DNA from: Owenia fusiformis
Taxonomy: Eukaryota
Assembly: GCA_903813345.2 (NCBI GenBank)
Contig: CAIIXF020000001.1
Coordinates: 8,432,001 to 8,496,000, forward strand
Direction: 5' to 3'
DNA: 64,000 nt
Shown here: piece after piece, positions 48,401 through 61,710 of the stretch
Layout: each line of letters opens with the position of its first letter
Numbering within the stretch: the stretch's first letter is position 1
The notes under the pieces: generated by a model
What the model saw: only the letters and a program-made list of their open reading frames with translations
Told to the model about the DNA's origin: nothing
The model's database searches: none
Translations under genes and position numbers: made by a program

Positions 48401-51400
48401 GTTAAAAAATCTATAGATTAGACAATTATCTTTCATGCTTTCAAATTTCTAACTGACCAGTCCATATGCTGAGCTGCGCTCTTCTTCAGTTGTGATGTCA
48501 GCTACATATGCAAACACAACACTGAATGTTACTGCGAAGATTCCAGATATTGAGATCATAGCAAAGTACCACCTAAAAAACAAAGTTAGAAAATATTACT
48601 ATAATGTCATACATTTGCAGTATTTTAGAACAAGCCATATTTTAATTTGCATAATACATAATACAATATTTATCATAGGGGGATCTTTAAGTGTTCATAA
48701 CCAAACGGGTTACTTCTGAGCTAAGGTAAATATGCAGGAAATACAGAGTAGAAGGACAATATCATCCAATTGTGCCAGACTAGGCATATGTTACAAGAAG
48801 GTCTCTAAGTATTAATAAAATAAAACAAGAATGTAAAGATAAAGGTCAATATGGAGTTGGCAATTACTTTGAATTCGATATCAGGTTATAAGATACATGT
48901 TACAAGTCATAATATACATTTGAGCTGCAAATAATTTTCATGTTTTTATGTTGATGTAATAAAAGGGTTTATTCCCATTTCGCCACTTCCCATTTTGCCC
49001 CTTCCCATTTCGCCCCTCATTTATTCCCATTTCGCTCCTTCCCAATTGGCTCCTTTCCCATTTCGCCCCTTTCCCATTTTGCCCCTTTGCCGTTTCACCC
49101 CTTTCCCGTGTTGCCCCCTTCCCATATCGTCCCTTTAGCTTTCCCTTATCGCCCCTTCCCATGTCGCCCCTTCTCCATTTCACCCCTTCCCATTTCGCCC
49201 CTTCCCATCTCGCCCCTTCCCATTTCGCCTCACATGAACTAAGGTCAAGGTCATTCCAAGGTCAAAGGTCAGTATCTAGGTATTTTACTTTTTAATAAAT
49301 GAGGGGCGAAATGGGAAGGGGCGAAATGGAAATGAACGAGGGGCGAAATGGGAAAGGGGCCAATTGGGAAGGGGCGAAATGGGAATAAATGAGGGGCGAA
49401 ATGGGAAGGGGCCAATTGGGAAGGGGCGAAATGGGAAGGGGCGAAGGGGGAATGAGGGGCGAAATGGGAAGGGGGCATAATGGGACGGGGCCGAAATGGA
49501 AGAGGGGCGAAATGGGAAAGGGGCAATTTGGGAAAGGGGCAAAATGGGAAGGGGCGAAATGGGTAGGGGCCAAATGGGAAGGGGCCAAATGGGAATAAAT
49601 GAGGGGCGAAATGGGAAGGGGCAAAGTGGGAAGGGGCGAAATGGGAAGACACCAATAAAAGGTATTTAAAATATTCATATGCTCTTAGCTTGGAAAAGGA
49701 TCATATTTATTAAACATTTTTGAATAAACCTGACTCATATTAAATGAAACATGATTATTCTACAGCTCCTTAGAGGAAAGTAGTGAAAGGCATGTTTACT
49801 TACCATGGGCTAAACTTCATGAGTGGTATAGGGGCACAAGTGAATGTGACAGTAAGCAGGAGAAATGGCTTGCGGCCCCATACATCTGATAATGCTCCTA
49901 TTAAAGGGGCACTCAGAAATGATAAGATTCCCTGAAAATACAGAAAAATGTACTTTACATGTGCATTTAAACATTTGGACGGGATTTGGTGAAGCCATCT
50001 ATTCAACAATCTCTGTTATCGAGTCTGTCAGTTAGTCAGACATACATGTATTTGCTTCATATTATACTATATTATAGGTACCCTTTGCATACATTTGAAA
50101 AAGTCTCAAAATAAACGGGAATTTTTAATAGGTATAGAACTTCTTTGAGTATAAGCTGTTTCACAAACTACTGTTTTAATTTCAAAATGGTCACAATATT
50201 TTTGGGGGATTTCTAGTTGTTAGTGGTATATAATACCATATTCATTCGCTTAAATCTCTGGCCACAGTCCCCATCTACTTGTAAAGTTGAGGTATGTTGG
50301 GAGTCATAATGCCTTGAAGAAAAACCTTCACCTTATTGTGACTTTATTTGCATATAAAAATCAATAGTGCAAAATGACAGGTGTATGCCTATGCACTATG
50401 CAGGTACAAGTATATTAATTGGATAAGGGTGAATGTACTAAATGCATATTTTGTTTTTTAATAACTAACTGAATTATGATGGCAAAGTAAGGTCACAGAG
50501 ACTTTAGTTTTTTCATATTTTCCTTCATTGTATGTATTACCAGCATCCATAAAGCTACTCTATATAGCTAGATGTAATTTCCTCCAATTTTAACCAACAT
50601 AACCATCTATACATGAGACTGATTATAAAATAGAGGAAAATAGGAGTTAGACCCATTACATAAACAGTCAATGGGCATATTGAATTGATTCAATTAATTA
50701 ATTTTGCAATGAAATCATTAACTCATATCAGCTGAACAAACTTCCCTTATGAATTCCATCCAAAAGTTTCTTGACATTTTTGAACACATTTGACCTTAAC
50801 ACTGAAGTCACAAGGGGTATATCTCTAAAAAAAAGAAAATTGGAAAAAGTTCATATTTTGAAGGGTTCACTTTTTTTTAAAGATAGGTTCACAGACACAA
50901 GTGTTTGTATCTACAGTGCTGTTATTAGTGCCAATGTACTCCCCATGTACTACACACTATACTGTACCCTTATATCAATCATACTGTCTGTTTAATATCA
51001 AATTAAAGAATGAAAATTAATTAAAAATAAATCATCAATTTGGAGATCAAGAAAGGTTGACAGATTGCCAATTTCATTACATTATTCATATTTAAGTGTA
51101 CTACTCAAATGATGGCCTTCAACATAAGAAGCATATGTTTTAACTGTCAAGGTTTAATACTCACACCACATGAGTAGTCAAGAGCTATTGTTGCCACTAA
51201 TGAGGAGAGTTCAAGAGTCACTTTTAAGCTCTTTTATACTAAGATCATAATTCTCAAGAAAGTTTGAATTAGACCAATAGTGAAACTAAGATAAGGCTAT
51301 AAATTTAGTACATGTGTATGTTGATAAATGATAATGTGTACAGGTACTTACTTTAACACCCTGGACTAAACCATTCATCAGAAATGTGTGATTTTCAAAT

Positions 51401-51995
51401 GTGTCGTTTAATACCTGAAAAGACAAAATGTACTGTCATTATTTCAAATAGTATGTATTAAATTGTTCTGAAAGACCATCTAATCATCTAAACATTCACA
51501 CGTTCATATTACTGATATGGTCTGGGGGGTATGTCAAAAGGCAAGGATCAAAGAATCTTAATCATTACCAGTACCATATACAGGCAATTTTTAATTTTCA
51601 ACTAGAAACATCAAATTAGTTTATTAACACTGGAGTCACATCAAAGATGCTCCTGGATGACTCTTGGATGATTCACTAGTTGAATTACCGGATTATGAAG
51701 TAGTTGTCATATTTTCACCAAAAAAACAAATTGATTGGGTCAGTGCTTATGCTGAAACTGACTGAATTGGAAACCTTCTTTTAAGATATTTTTCTAAGGC
51801 ACACATTAAAACATATGTATTCTACAATGGTACATGTATATATAAAAAATTATGATACTTATAGTAAAAGAAGACAATTGAAATACATATTATACTTACA
51901 TTAATCATTGGGGCAGTGAGTAAGCCCCATGAGAAGAATTCTAGGAATATTACAACTAAGGCATGGTACACACTTGGCTGTGAGAATGTTGAAGT
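42462..51995 (-). CDS. MFSD14: MFS transporter MFSD14 / hippocampus abundant transcript 1 (HIAT1) homolog, 12 resolved coding exons
   Basis: Exons 51995-51900, 51414-51352, 49931-49804, 48572-48458, 48093-47875, 46426-46313, 46057-45986, 45632-45520, 45391-45294, 45055-44850, 43792-43627 and 42511-42462 are all GT-AG and phase-compatible. Sequence includes PSVYHALVVIFLEFF, GALSDVWGRK (MFS motif A), YLPEAGEYS, GIRGLCNGLGPALYG, PGPPFAFG and a C-terminal EESLL. The first exon(s) are unresolved. Confidence 0.95.
43936..44363. mobile_element. MITE in an MFSD14 intron
   Basis: Termini tactgtactcc / ggagtacagta with subterminal aatttcgcg repeats. Confidence 0.7.
46412..47125. repeat. 353-bp tandem duplication that includes an MFSD14 splice acceptor
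   Basis: aatctttcgtaatgcctacaacacagtacatg... starts at both 46412 and 46765. Confidence 0.92.
48966..49653. mobile_element. Fold-back element with inverted arrays of a 16-bp unit (atgggaaggggcgaa), GG termini and 8-bp TSD (Merlin/MULE-like)
   Basis: C-rich array at 48970-49230 and G-rich array at ~49297-49650. AATAAAAG lies at 48958-48965 and 49654-49661. Confidence 0.82.
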
Positions 51996-52869
51996 CTGAA
52001 ACATAAAAATAAATATATAAAAGAAAATTCAACTTAGTAGACTATCAGGGGTTTTCTTCAGTAGTCTGACAACAGACAAAACAAGAAAAAAATGTTGAAA
52101 ATAATAATTTTAGTGTGGAAACAGTTAACCTCCTCAAAACAAATTTTGGGACAAGGCATTATTAACATGCAAAATGTAATTTGTTACAGATGCCGAAAGC
52201 TGACCACTAAACACCAACTGCCAAATAATGTCCACGAGAAAATCACCTGTTGTCAGTAGATAATGAAATCCCTGACTATATGCATGTAAGAAAACCATGT
52301 GAGACCATTATGAGGACCCATGTGTTACAAAACATAATTTCTAGAATAAATGTAAGTCAATGTATCAGAACACATGACAGAGCACATATATAGGAACACT
52401 AGCCACTGAAATATACATTCTTGTATATGGCATTCTTTATTCAAATATTTCAATCAAAATTGTATGAATTCACTTCCAAAACAGTTTATCGATGCTTTGA
52501 TGAACACAAAGATCTAGATTTCATCATTTTGTTGCTTTATACTTTAAATAAATAAACAGGTCCATTTCTCTTTAATTTTCAAAATTTTGTATTATCCTCT
52601 GTGAACTCTAACATTTAACTGTAATCATATCCACTATAATGACTTAAAACAAACTCGCAAGTTGCGACTATTGACGATGTAGTCAACACGATTATTGGAG
52701 ACCCTCCATGAGTCAATAATGTGACTGTATATCTATTAACTGCACCACTAAATAACATATTGCTAAAGACAGAATTCTAGACAGATATGCACGAGGGATG
52801 AGGGTATGCTTAATATAATTGTTTTCATAAAAAGCAACCGAGGAAAAGTACAAATAAGAACTAATGAAT

Positions 52870-53088
52870 ACATTGGCGACTTCATAGCTTGCACAGAGAT
52901 GGTCTTGGAAGATGGTAATTGATTTGCTGTTCAATAGATTACACTTTTATCACAAATAGAAGACACAGTAGCAGAGGTCCGGTAACATATATAAAAATAA
53001 TCGCATGTGAATCCCCCTGGAGAGAAAAATCTCCTCTTCTTAGAACTCATTATCATACCTGTTCCTTGACCTATGCACAGTAGCCATT
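52870..53088 (-). CDS. MFSD14: Candidate first coding exons of MFSD14
   Basis: ATG GCT ACT GTG CAT AGG TCA AGG AAC AG|gtatga (~53088-53060), then aacag|C AAA TCA ATT ACC ATC TTC CAA GAC (KSITIFQD, from ~52926). The second donor is unclear and could be GC. Confidence 0.35.
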
Positions 53089-53243
53089 CTACTTTCACTT
53101 TTCCAAATAATGCTTGGATTTTCAATGTCTTACTTGCTACTTGGGGGCTGCCATATTAAAATTCCCTGAATCTAACTTTTACACCAGCCGACAATTACCG
53201 AGCAATTATCGAGTCATACAGTAATATGTATGTATATAGTGCA

Positions 53244-53394
53244 CATGGGCATAGCCAGCAATCGGTCCCTCCACCCCAAAAAAAAAGAAAAAAAATTGTA
53301 AATTTGTTGAAAAACATTTACAATTTATAGTTTGAAATGCTTAGAGTGCACCACCACCCCCCCATCTCCCTGACAAATGCTGGCTATGCCCCTG
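53244..53394. mobile_element. Short hAT-like MITE
   Basis: Termini catgggcatagccagca / tgctggctatgcccctg. Confidence 0.6.
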
Positions 53395-53929
53395 TTGCAT
53401 TTGACTCGATTAATTCTCCTTTTCGCGGTTCGCTCTTTGAATCAGAATGTTCGCAAATATGCACTGAAAAAGCACTGAAAAAGGACAAAATTTGATTGGT
53501 CAATATTTTCCCACTATGCATTTCGCGTAGCTATTTGTGTGACACAAAAGTTCTAAATCAAACTAGTTACTCAATTTTGTTTTTACACCCGCACGCTAAA
53601 TAAAACAATGACACCATCGTAAGTATTCTTCTTTGTCATTGCTTTAATAGTCAGTATACCGAGTTTAATCAATAAAAGATTGTACAATGAACAACAAAAT
53701 TCGGAAACGAGTACTATAGATTTGCTTTTGGACCACTGAACAGATTGACCTAGATAATAGCGACGCGTCTTCTTTGGTCTACTGCTGAGTTGTTTGTGGG
53801 TTTTCAACGTAACTCTATAATGTAATTTGAAGATGAATACTTTTATTCAGTTGTTGCATCGATGTCGCAGTTTGTAGTGCGGTAAGATTGGCATGAAAGT
53901 TTTGAAAGTCGAATGGAATTGTTTTTTCC

Positions 53930-53962
53930 AATATGGCGACTAGTCTACTGATCACGTGACCT
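53930..53962 (-). promoter_or_regulatory. Putative MFSD14 promoter motifs (E-box/CLEAR-like TCACGTGAC next to a YY1-like ATGGCG)
   Basis: aatatggcgactagtctactgatcacgtgac lies upstream of the gene in a locally CpG-richer stretch. Motif evidence only. Confidence 0.35.
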
Positions 53963-54221
53963 TCTCTTCCTGAATATTTTCTCACTTTTCAATTATCGTT
54001 TTCACCACGCTATGAATTAATACAATGAAAAAAATAGCTGTTATATTAATATTAATGAGAGATCAATCGTTTCTAATAATTTTTTCTGTACTCTCATACA
54101 GGAATATGAACGAATATATCGTTTGAAAAATAGGTGTGAAAATCCCCATGTTAAACCTATGAGGGAAAATAAGGAAGTATAAATTTGTTCCTTCGCGAAC
54201 TGCATCATGGGAAATATTTTG

Positions 54222-57200
54222 CCCTTATACACGCCTAACCATCGACAAGGTACAGTCACGTGACAGTGACAAAATATGCCGTAGTACACTTTTGATGTAC
54301 AATGTCATTTCCGCCATTTTATATCGCCATTTTCTAGAATGAGGAAGCGAGGTAAGAACTAGCATTGATTTGATCAATATTGTGTCAGTTCATCATCAGG
54401 CAGTTGTTGCATTCGATTTGTAATTAAATTGCAAATATGCATATCTACTTCAAATGATCCTCAGCAACTTCAATATCTTGTTATAGATCTACCCAGTACG
54501 TCAGGGATCTCTAAATCTTGACTGAATTTCGCAAAATTCTCTCTAATTTTTGTTTTGCTATGCAAATAACAGCCAAACTACGACTAACACAACTTAAGAT
54601 AAGTATACAAATATACATCCAGAGTTAATGCAAAACCGCTTTTTACTTTGGATGCTACTACGAAAAACAGATAATGTATGTTGTCAACTCGAATGTATGT
54701 TGTCACATTGGCCTTACAGATCTCAATTCACAGTTAATTTTACATGAATGAAATGCTATAATGTACGTGTAATAGAAGGAACATATTTGATAATAAAGTA
54801 ATAATTTATAATAATAGGGCTGGCATATCGAAAAATTTACTCTAATATTTTGTCCGTTAATCAATAAAATTGTCATTGATATGATTAAATTTCAATGTTA
54901 CTAATATTTTTTTAGTATTCCATAACCCTGGCTTTTGAACTTCTGCACTTTCCCCCCTAGGCAGACATATACCAATTTCTCCATAGTATGTGTCATATAT
55001 CATATTTAAGCTTATCCAAAGTTACATTGATTTGCCAAATATGATGGTTCAAATGGTAAAAAGTAACAGGCATTTCAAAAATTAGCGTTTTGCCAAAAAG
55101 TTCATTTCAGTATCCTGGAAACAGCCCTGACCTGAATTTGACAGAAAATATGGATGCTATTCTCGAAGATAATATATGGATATCGAGTTCTAAAAAGATG
55201 ACGTTTAGGGTAGATACTCCAAGGAAACTCTTCTTATGCCTTAAAAAGGTTTTATGAAGATTACAAAACGCCATATCCCTATTTGAAGCCAGTTTAAGAT
55301 CATATATGGAAAGTATTGCTGCTGTTAACATGGCGGCTAAGGAGACATACCGACTATTGTTTTGGTGTAAAACTGACTTTAATTTTGTCCAAACACTAAC
55401 TTTTGAAATTTCTGTAACTTTTTCCATTTGTGAGTTGAACCATGATACTCGGCAAATTAATGTAACTTTGGATGAGCTTTAAAATGATATACGACACATA
55501 CATGGAGACATTGGTATATGTCTGCCTATGGGGGCCCATAATTTCGGGACACCCTGTAGCATAAAGTCATCTTGGATTAGCTAGTAAAGATCTCTCCATG
55601 AACTCCTTAAGATTATTAAAATTCATAAAAGTGCAACTAAACATAACGTAACGTACCGACGTCGAGTGGTTAAAGAGGTCGGAAGAAAACACGCCGTGGT
55701 CACATATTAATCACCATATTAATACTTTCATAAAATAAAATAGCATTCAACGAAAAAATCACTTTTACCTGTTTATCTGTACTAGGGATACAGGAGCATG
55801 TTCGTTGAACATCACTTGTAACGCATAAAACCCTTAACAGGGTTCGTACACATTTTTCAAAATGAATTTCCCTGACATTTCCATAAAATAAATAAAATTT
55901 CCAGATCTAGTTATCCTTGCACGGCCTCTAAAAAGTCTCTTACAACTGTATTATTTAAAAGACCAGACTAAAAACATTGTGAAACATTTTGGGTTTATCC
56001 TTTAGTACCATTTCTCATGACTCAACTTTACTTCTACAGGCCGTTATTCACCAATTTATTCCTGATACATTATATTCTTAATTTTACATATTTACGAAGT
56101 TTAACATACATATACAGGGACAAAGTCAGCAAGTGTCAAGGGGGTTCATTTTTGGGGGTTTGCATCACTGCAAGTGAAGGACAAACAAAAGGGGGGTACG
56201 GGGGTTCACCCCCAGAAATTTTTCAAAATTGACAATTGTATATGGTGCATCCTAAGCATTTCAAACTATAATTTGTTGATGTTTTGTAATGAATCCAAAT
56301 AAAAACTGAAACTTAAAAATGTTGATCTAAAGAAAAATAGCAACTCCTACCTAATGAAACATATTTATCGAATACTATCATTGTGAACATGATATGAAAA
56401 ATGGCAAGTGTCTTCTTGAGCAGAGGCAGCAACAAAAGCATTGGGATATAAAATTTTAACCAAATCTGTCAACTGATATTTGAGATAGATAAATAGACTG
56501 AATACTAATGGACTGTCGAACAGACAGCTCCTTAATATGAATACAATTTTAAACTGAAAAGAGTTTTTCACCTCCCACCCCCCTCAGATTAACCCCTCAA
56601 CAAACCATGAAACATATACCAGTAATTAACTTTGAATGGCCTTAGACTAACTTACTACAGTACATGGAAAAGCATTGTATTGAACCATCTATACATATTC
56701 TTTATTGTTCAGTTTCAGTATAATGTTCACACTGTTCTAAACCAGATTTGATGTCATTCAATCAACCCTAATGAAAAGATTTGCAATTTGTGGAAACAAC
56801 TAAATGTTCGATTTTGGATTTCATTGATATCCTATCATAGCCTTAAATGTATTTTGCTGGAACATTATTTTTTGAACAATGATACAAAATTCCCTGACAT
56901 TTCCCTGACACATCTATTGTTTCAAAATTCCCTGACATTTTTGGCCCTTTTTGACCCAATTTTGAAATTCCCTGACATTTCCAGCACCTGGAAAAATAAA
57001 TCAACTTCCCTGACATTTCCAGGTGTGTACGAACCCTGCTTAATGCATTTTGAAATTAAATCATTGCAATGTTTAATATTATAACTCATGTATTTCAATT
57101 ACAGGGACAACATACACTGTGAGTTGACAACGTACATTTCTGATTTTTTAAATTATATCAAATGCATGAATGTTTATTAAATGTTCACCTGTCCTAAACT

Positions 57201-57590
57201 GTGTAGTTTAGAGAAACACATTCTCATAAAAATATTCGACACTCTGAGACGTCAGGGGAGAAAATTATCAAAGGAAATGTGTAAAAAACAACATTTTTCC
57301 AACCGAAGAATCGAATGGGTAGACTAACAACGAAAAAAATCGAGCACTGCTCGAAGATCTTTTAACGTTATTAGAAAAATAAATGTCTTTGAAATCGAAT
57401 GCACGCAAAATCAAACATAAAATCCTTTGTGTTCTCCTAAAATTTATTTTTGAAAACCTGCATCGAACCTACATCATGGTCTTCGCTCAAAATCAGTTAA
57501 TAGTGACATAGTACATCAAAAGTGTACTACGGCATATTTTGTCACCTGTCACGTGACTGTACCTTGTCGATGGTTAGGCGTGTTATAAGG
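54222..57590. mobile_element. Non-autonomous long-TIR element (Mutator-like) carrying nested MITEs
   Basis: ~85-bp inverted repeats at 54223-54307 and 57505-57590. Imperfect 9-bp flanking repeat aaatatttt / aaagatttt. Confidence 0.62.
55838..57038. mobile_element. hAT-like non-autonomous element with a 5-bp TSD (hAT5-type)
   Basis: TIR cagggttcgtacaca / tgtgtacgaaccctg, CTTAA on both flanks, and repeated subterminal ttccctgacattt motifs. Confidence 0.85.
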
Positions 57591-57977
57591 AAAGATTTTC
57601 GCGTCTTCTCTTTTGAAGAGAGAACAACGATTTCGAGAATTGTGACTGAACTGAGCTGAAGTCATTAGGCTCAAGTCAGAATCAGAGTTGAAAACAAAAA
57701 TCGCTTTTCAAACTTTTTAATCCAAACGAATGATTACTCAAGTTGCCAATTCATTGTACCACCACTACTAAATTACTATGTTCTTCCACAACTGTCTACT
57801 TTTATATCCCTAACTTCAATCATGTCGACTGTCAACTATTGCAGTTTGGACCATAAATTAATGAGTCGATTAGCTGAAGTGAGGATTTCCCATGTTAAAA
57901 ATAAGAGAATTTTCAAGAGGCTATACAAAAGTGGATGACAGTTTCACTGTTCAGTATCAAGAGAGGTAACGGACGTG

Positions 57978-58744
57978 AAGGACCAGTCTTTTTCCTAATA
58001 GGTTTACATGTTATACCTTGACTCCATTCTCTGTATTTCAGAACATTTTCAGTTTAATCTCTCTATAACATTACAATAAATCAAAAATTGATGTCAAATT
58101 TGATGAATTTAAAAAAATAGTAGAACCCATGTAAACCAATGGGAAATGGTTGGGTTGCCAAATGTCATATGAGAAAACATTCATCCATCCAATTGCTCTC
58201 AAAAATGGAATTTAAATAGACAACTGAATTTGGTAACTTTGTCTACAACAAAAAATTGATTTGTTTCTCAGGGTTTAACAGAGTTATGAGTTTCAAAGTC
58301 AAAATTATTTCTCAATAAACCTCTCATTAAAATAACACAGGGGGTCAAAAATAAGTTGTCAAAAATACTTTGATGCTCTGTATCGTTAATTCTCACGAAA
58401 GCATTACACTAAGCATGCAGAAAGTAAAACAATTCAATTGTCTATTCAGAAATTATTTTTGATATATGTTTTACTGAATAGATATCCAAAAATCTGATTT
58501 GCCTCAAATCCACCTTTTCCCATTGGTTAACATGGGTTCTACCACTTTCTTAAAATTACTCAACTTTGACATCAATTTTTGACCTTTTGTAATAGAGAGA
58601 TTAAATTGGAAATTTCCTGAAATTATAGAGAATAGAGTCAAGGTACATATCCATTTGCATTATCTGTTTAGTTCGGGCTTAGAAAATAGAGTTCAAACAT
58701 ATAGGGTTTAAAATGCAAACCTATGAATAAAAAGACTGGTCCTT
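57978..58744. mobile_element. Fold-back MITE with long imperfect inverted arms
   Basis: Termini aaggaccagtcttttt / aaaaagactggtcctt. Internal arms (tagaacccatgt.aaccaatgggaaa / tttcccattggttaacatgggttcta) also pair. Confidence 0.75.
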
Positions 58745-61127
58745 AACCTTTTTTGAGGAGTATATGTTAAATGCTTTGATATTTGGACTATATCAGGCAT
58801 ATATGACATGGAAACTCTGGAGTATGATCATTTGTTCATATACCATGCGAAAGCACAACAATTCAATGATGGGATTTTAGTGGGGTGAGATAACCGATAT
58901 GTGGTGATGGGGTAACGTTATGAGAGTTTATAATTGAGAGCAAAGATGACCAGTTACTGTACATGTGTATTGAAAACTAACATGACTTACAGTATCATAC
59001 ATTTCCCAATTACCTTTCCTTAGCGGTGGAAAATATTGTTGAACTGTGATGCCCAGACAAGATATATGAACAAACATAAACCTGATTTGGTAACATCAAC
59101 TATAAAGTGGTTTAATTCGATGAAAGGTAAAAATATCGAATTCCACAACATCTGTCCTCCATCTTAGATGCGAAGGTTACAGCCGTTACCTTCACTGAAT
59201 ACTGACCAGTGATTTTACAAAATGTGAAATATACAAATTTTAGGGGATAGTACCTAAACAATATTGGAAGCTATGGGCTATCAAACCATCATGGTTTGGA
59301 AATGGTGATAGAAAATCGACCACTCCTTTATTCCGTCCAAGATTGTTTGTAACCAACATCCCTAATTTCAACACTAGAGTACAGGGAGGCAATGTCGTCC
59401 ATGCCCGGCGTCCATGTAGGTAATTTTCGGAAACTCATTCGTCATTGCAGTCATTTGTCCGTCATTGCCTCCCTATCCTCTAAATTGACTGTCTATGGAC
59501 TTTGTGTCCTGGTTCCAAAGCCTATATGCCATGATACGCTCAAGTACATAGTAACTATTTGATATACAATATAATCAAATCATCCATTGAATGACATCAG
59601 CCTGTTCTCATTTTAGCGAGATATTTTTTGAACTGATCTGAACCTGAGAAAATTATGAAATATTGTTCACAAATTATCCTTCTACTCACATCTTCTGCAT
59701 CTTTCGGACCCCTACGTTTACCCCAAGATATACTTCCAACTATCCGCTTTCTTTTTTTACCCAACATTTTAGTATTTATTCTTAATAGACATCATAATTG
59801 AAGAAAATTTATGAAAATGATAAAATTTGTTGTCGATTTGCAGTCTCCATTTTTCGTGACGTGTGAGGTCAAATAAAATTACATGAAACCAGTTCCGAAT
59901 CATACATACATCTTAGTCAAAGTTCATATTCCACCAAACAAATGGCTAACAGACATAACAAGATAAACCACGGTGAACCGTTCTAACAAACTATTAAGGG
60001 TTCATTTAAAATAATTTCATCAAAATATTTTTGGGAAGTGAACCTTGTAGATCCCCTTTGAGTCACAATATCAGCTGCCTTGGATCCACATTGGAATTTA
60101 GGGACCTGTCATTGTTGAGAGCATTATTGACTGTTTTTCAATAAAATAGTAGAGTCTAGATGTTTTCAAATAAAATTTTTAATTTTCTAAAATAAACCAT
60201 GTGCAAACATTTGATGCATTGTATAAAAACTCTTTATGATATCCATGGGCTCTATCAGGTTGGTAGTCATTTGAAGTCCATGGTGATATCCAACAATGAA
60301 CAAACTATTGAAAATGAAACAATGATATCGCTTGAATGTTAAAACCGGGGTAAAAACCTCATAAGACAAAAAATTACTCTGTTGATGGTAAAGTGGTCAT
60401 TAAAAAAGAATCATTTGACTGCAATTGCAATACCATTAATGAGTGAATATGTTTTTGTTAAGAAAAAAGAATACTACAATCATGTAGTATGTAAAATTCT
60501 TAATGTTAGGTCACTGAAGGTCATTCTGAAATTACTGTCATGTTTGAAGCTTGGTTATCTTCTGAAAGTTGGATATAGTCAAAGCTGGGATCAGTATGTT
60601 TGTTAATTAAAGTCTTAAGGTAGGCATGTTGGGCATCTGGTTCAATTCAATCAACCACACAATTCATTCTACTCTGCCTACCTTGATCTTCGCACCTGGG
60701 TAGCCTAAACCCAAACTTGAATCAACCTTCATTCAATACAATGAACAAACAAAACATCAATTTTTTTTTCATTTTCATTATTTTATTGGATATTATTTCA
60801 CAGGGCATTCAAAAATCTCCAATTTGTTAATTCATATAAAATTATATACTAGGCCTAGTCTATACAACTAGCTGTAAATAAAATAATTTGAAATTTCCCC
60901 ACCTTGGAATCAATATTTTGGTATCATTCACATATATTTCGCCAATGTACTTGAGGGTGTAACTGTGTATGGTGTATTTGTAACAATAGCAAGGATCAAG
61001 AGACAATGTTACAATTACTTATTTAAAAAGCCCAAATGCAGTAGTTTGAATCTTTTAAACATGCTAATGTTAAACAAGGCATTTACCATGACAAAATGTC
61101 ACCACCTAGTTGCCCACAATATTATGT

Positions 61128-61710
61128 TAAGTCAGATTTGAATTTCTGAGAACTTGTAGATGATTTTGAAAAATTAATTGGTCAATTTGAAGCAAGTTGA
61201 AAAAATGTTTGACCTTGCGAAGATCATTGAAGGTCAAATCTTTTTTGACCCTGAGAATGTCATCAAAGGTCAAATCTATAGTCAGATTTGAACTGTTGAG
61301 AACTTGTAGATGGTTTTGAAAAAACAAAATTAGTCAATTTGTTTCAATTTGACATTTTGACCTTTTTTGACCTTGAAAAGGTCAAATCTCAAGTCAGATT
61401 TGAACTTCTGATAACTTGTAGATGATTTTGAAAAAAAATTGGCCAATTTGAAGCAAGTTGAAAAAATACCTTTTTAGCCCTTTTTGACCTTGAAAAGGTC
61501 ATTGAAGGTCAAATCTTAAATATAAAGTCAGATTTGAACTTCTGAAAACATGTACATGATTTAAAAAAAATTGAAGTCAGTCTAAACAGTATTTGTTAAG
61601 TTATTGGAAGTTGTAAGAATTTGTTACAGATGCCGATCACCAACCACCAACCGCCAACCTCCAACTGGAGACCATAACAATATGTCACCACTTTTTGGTG
61701 GTGACATAAC
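61128..61710. repeat. Tandem-repeat element (four ~110-150-bp units) ending in a hairpin, Helentron/HINE-like
   Basis: agtcagatttgaacttctgagaacttgtagatgattttgaaaa occurs four times. Terminal stem-loop tatgtcacca-cttttt-tggtgacata at ~61681-61708. Confidence 0.6.

Noticed and set aside
48938-49678. Pro/Phe-rich and Gly/Arg-rich ORFs
   Set aside because: They are artefacts of the 16-bp repeat arrays, open in several frames and intronic.
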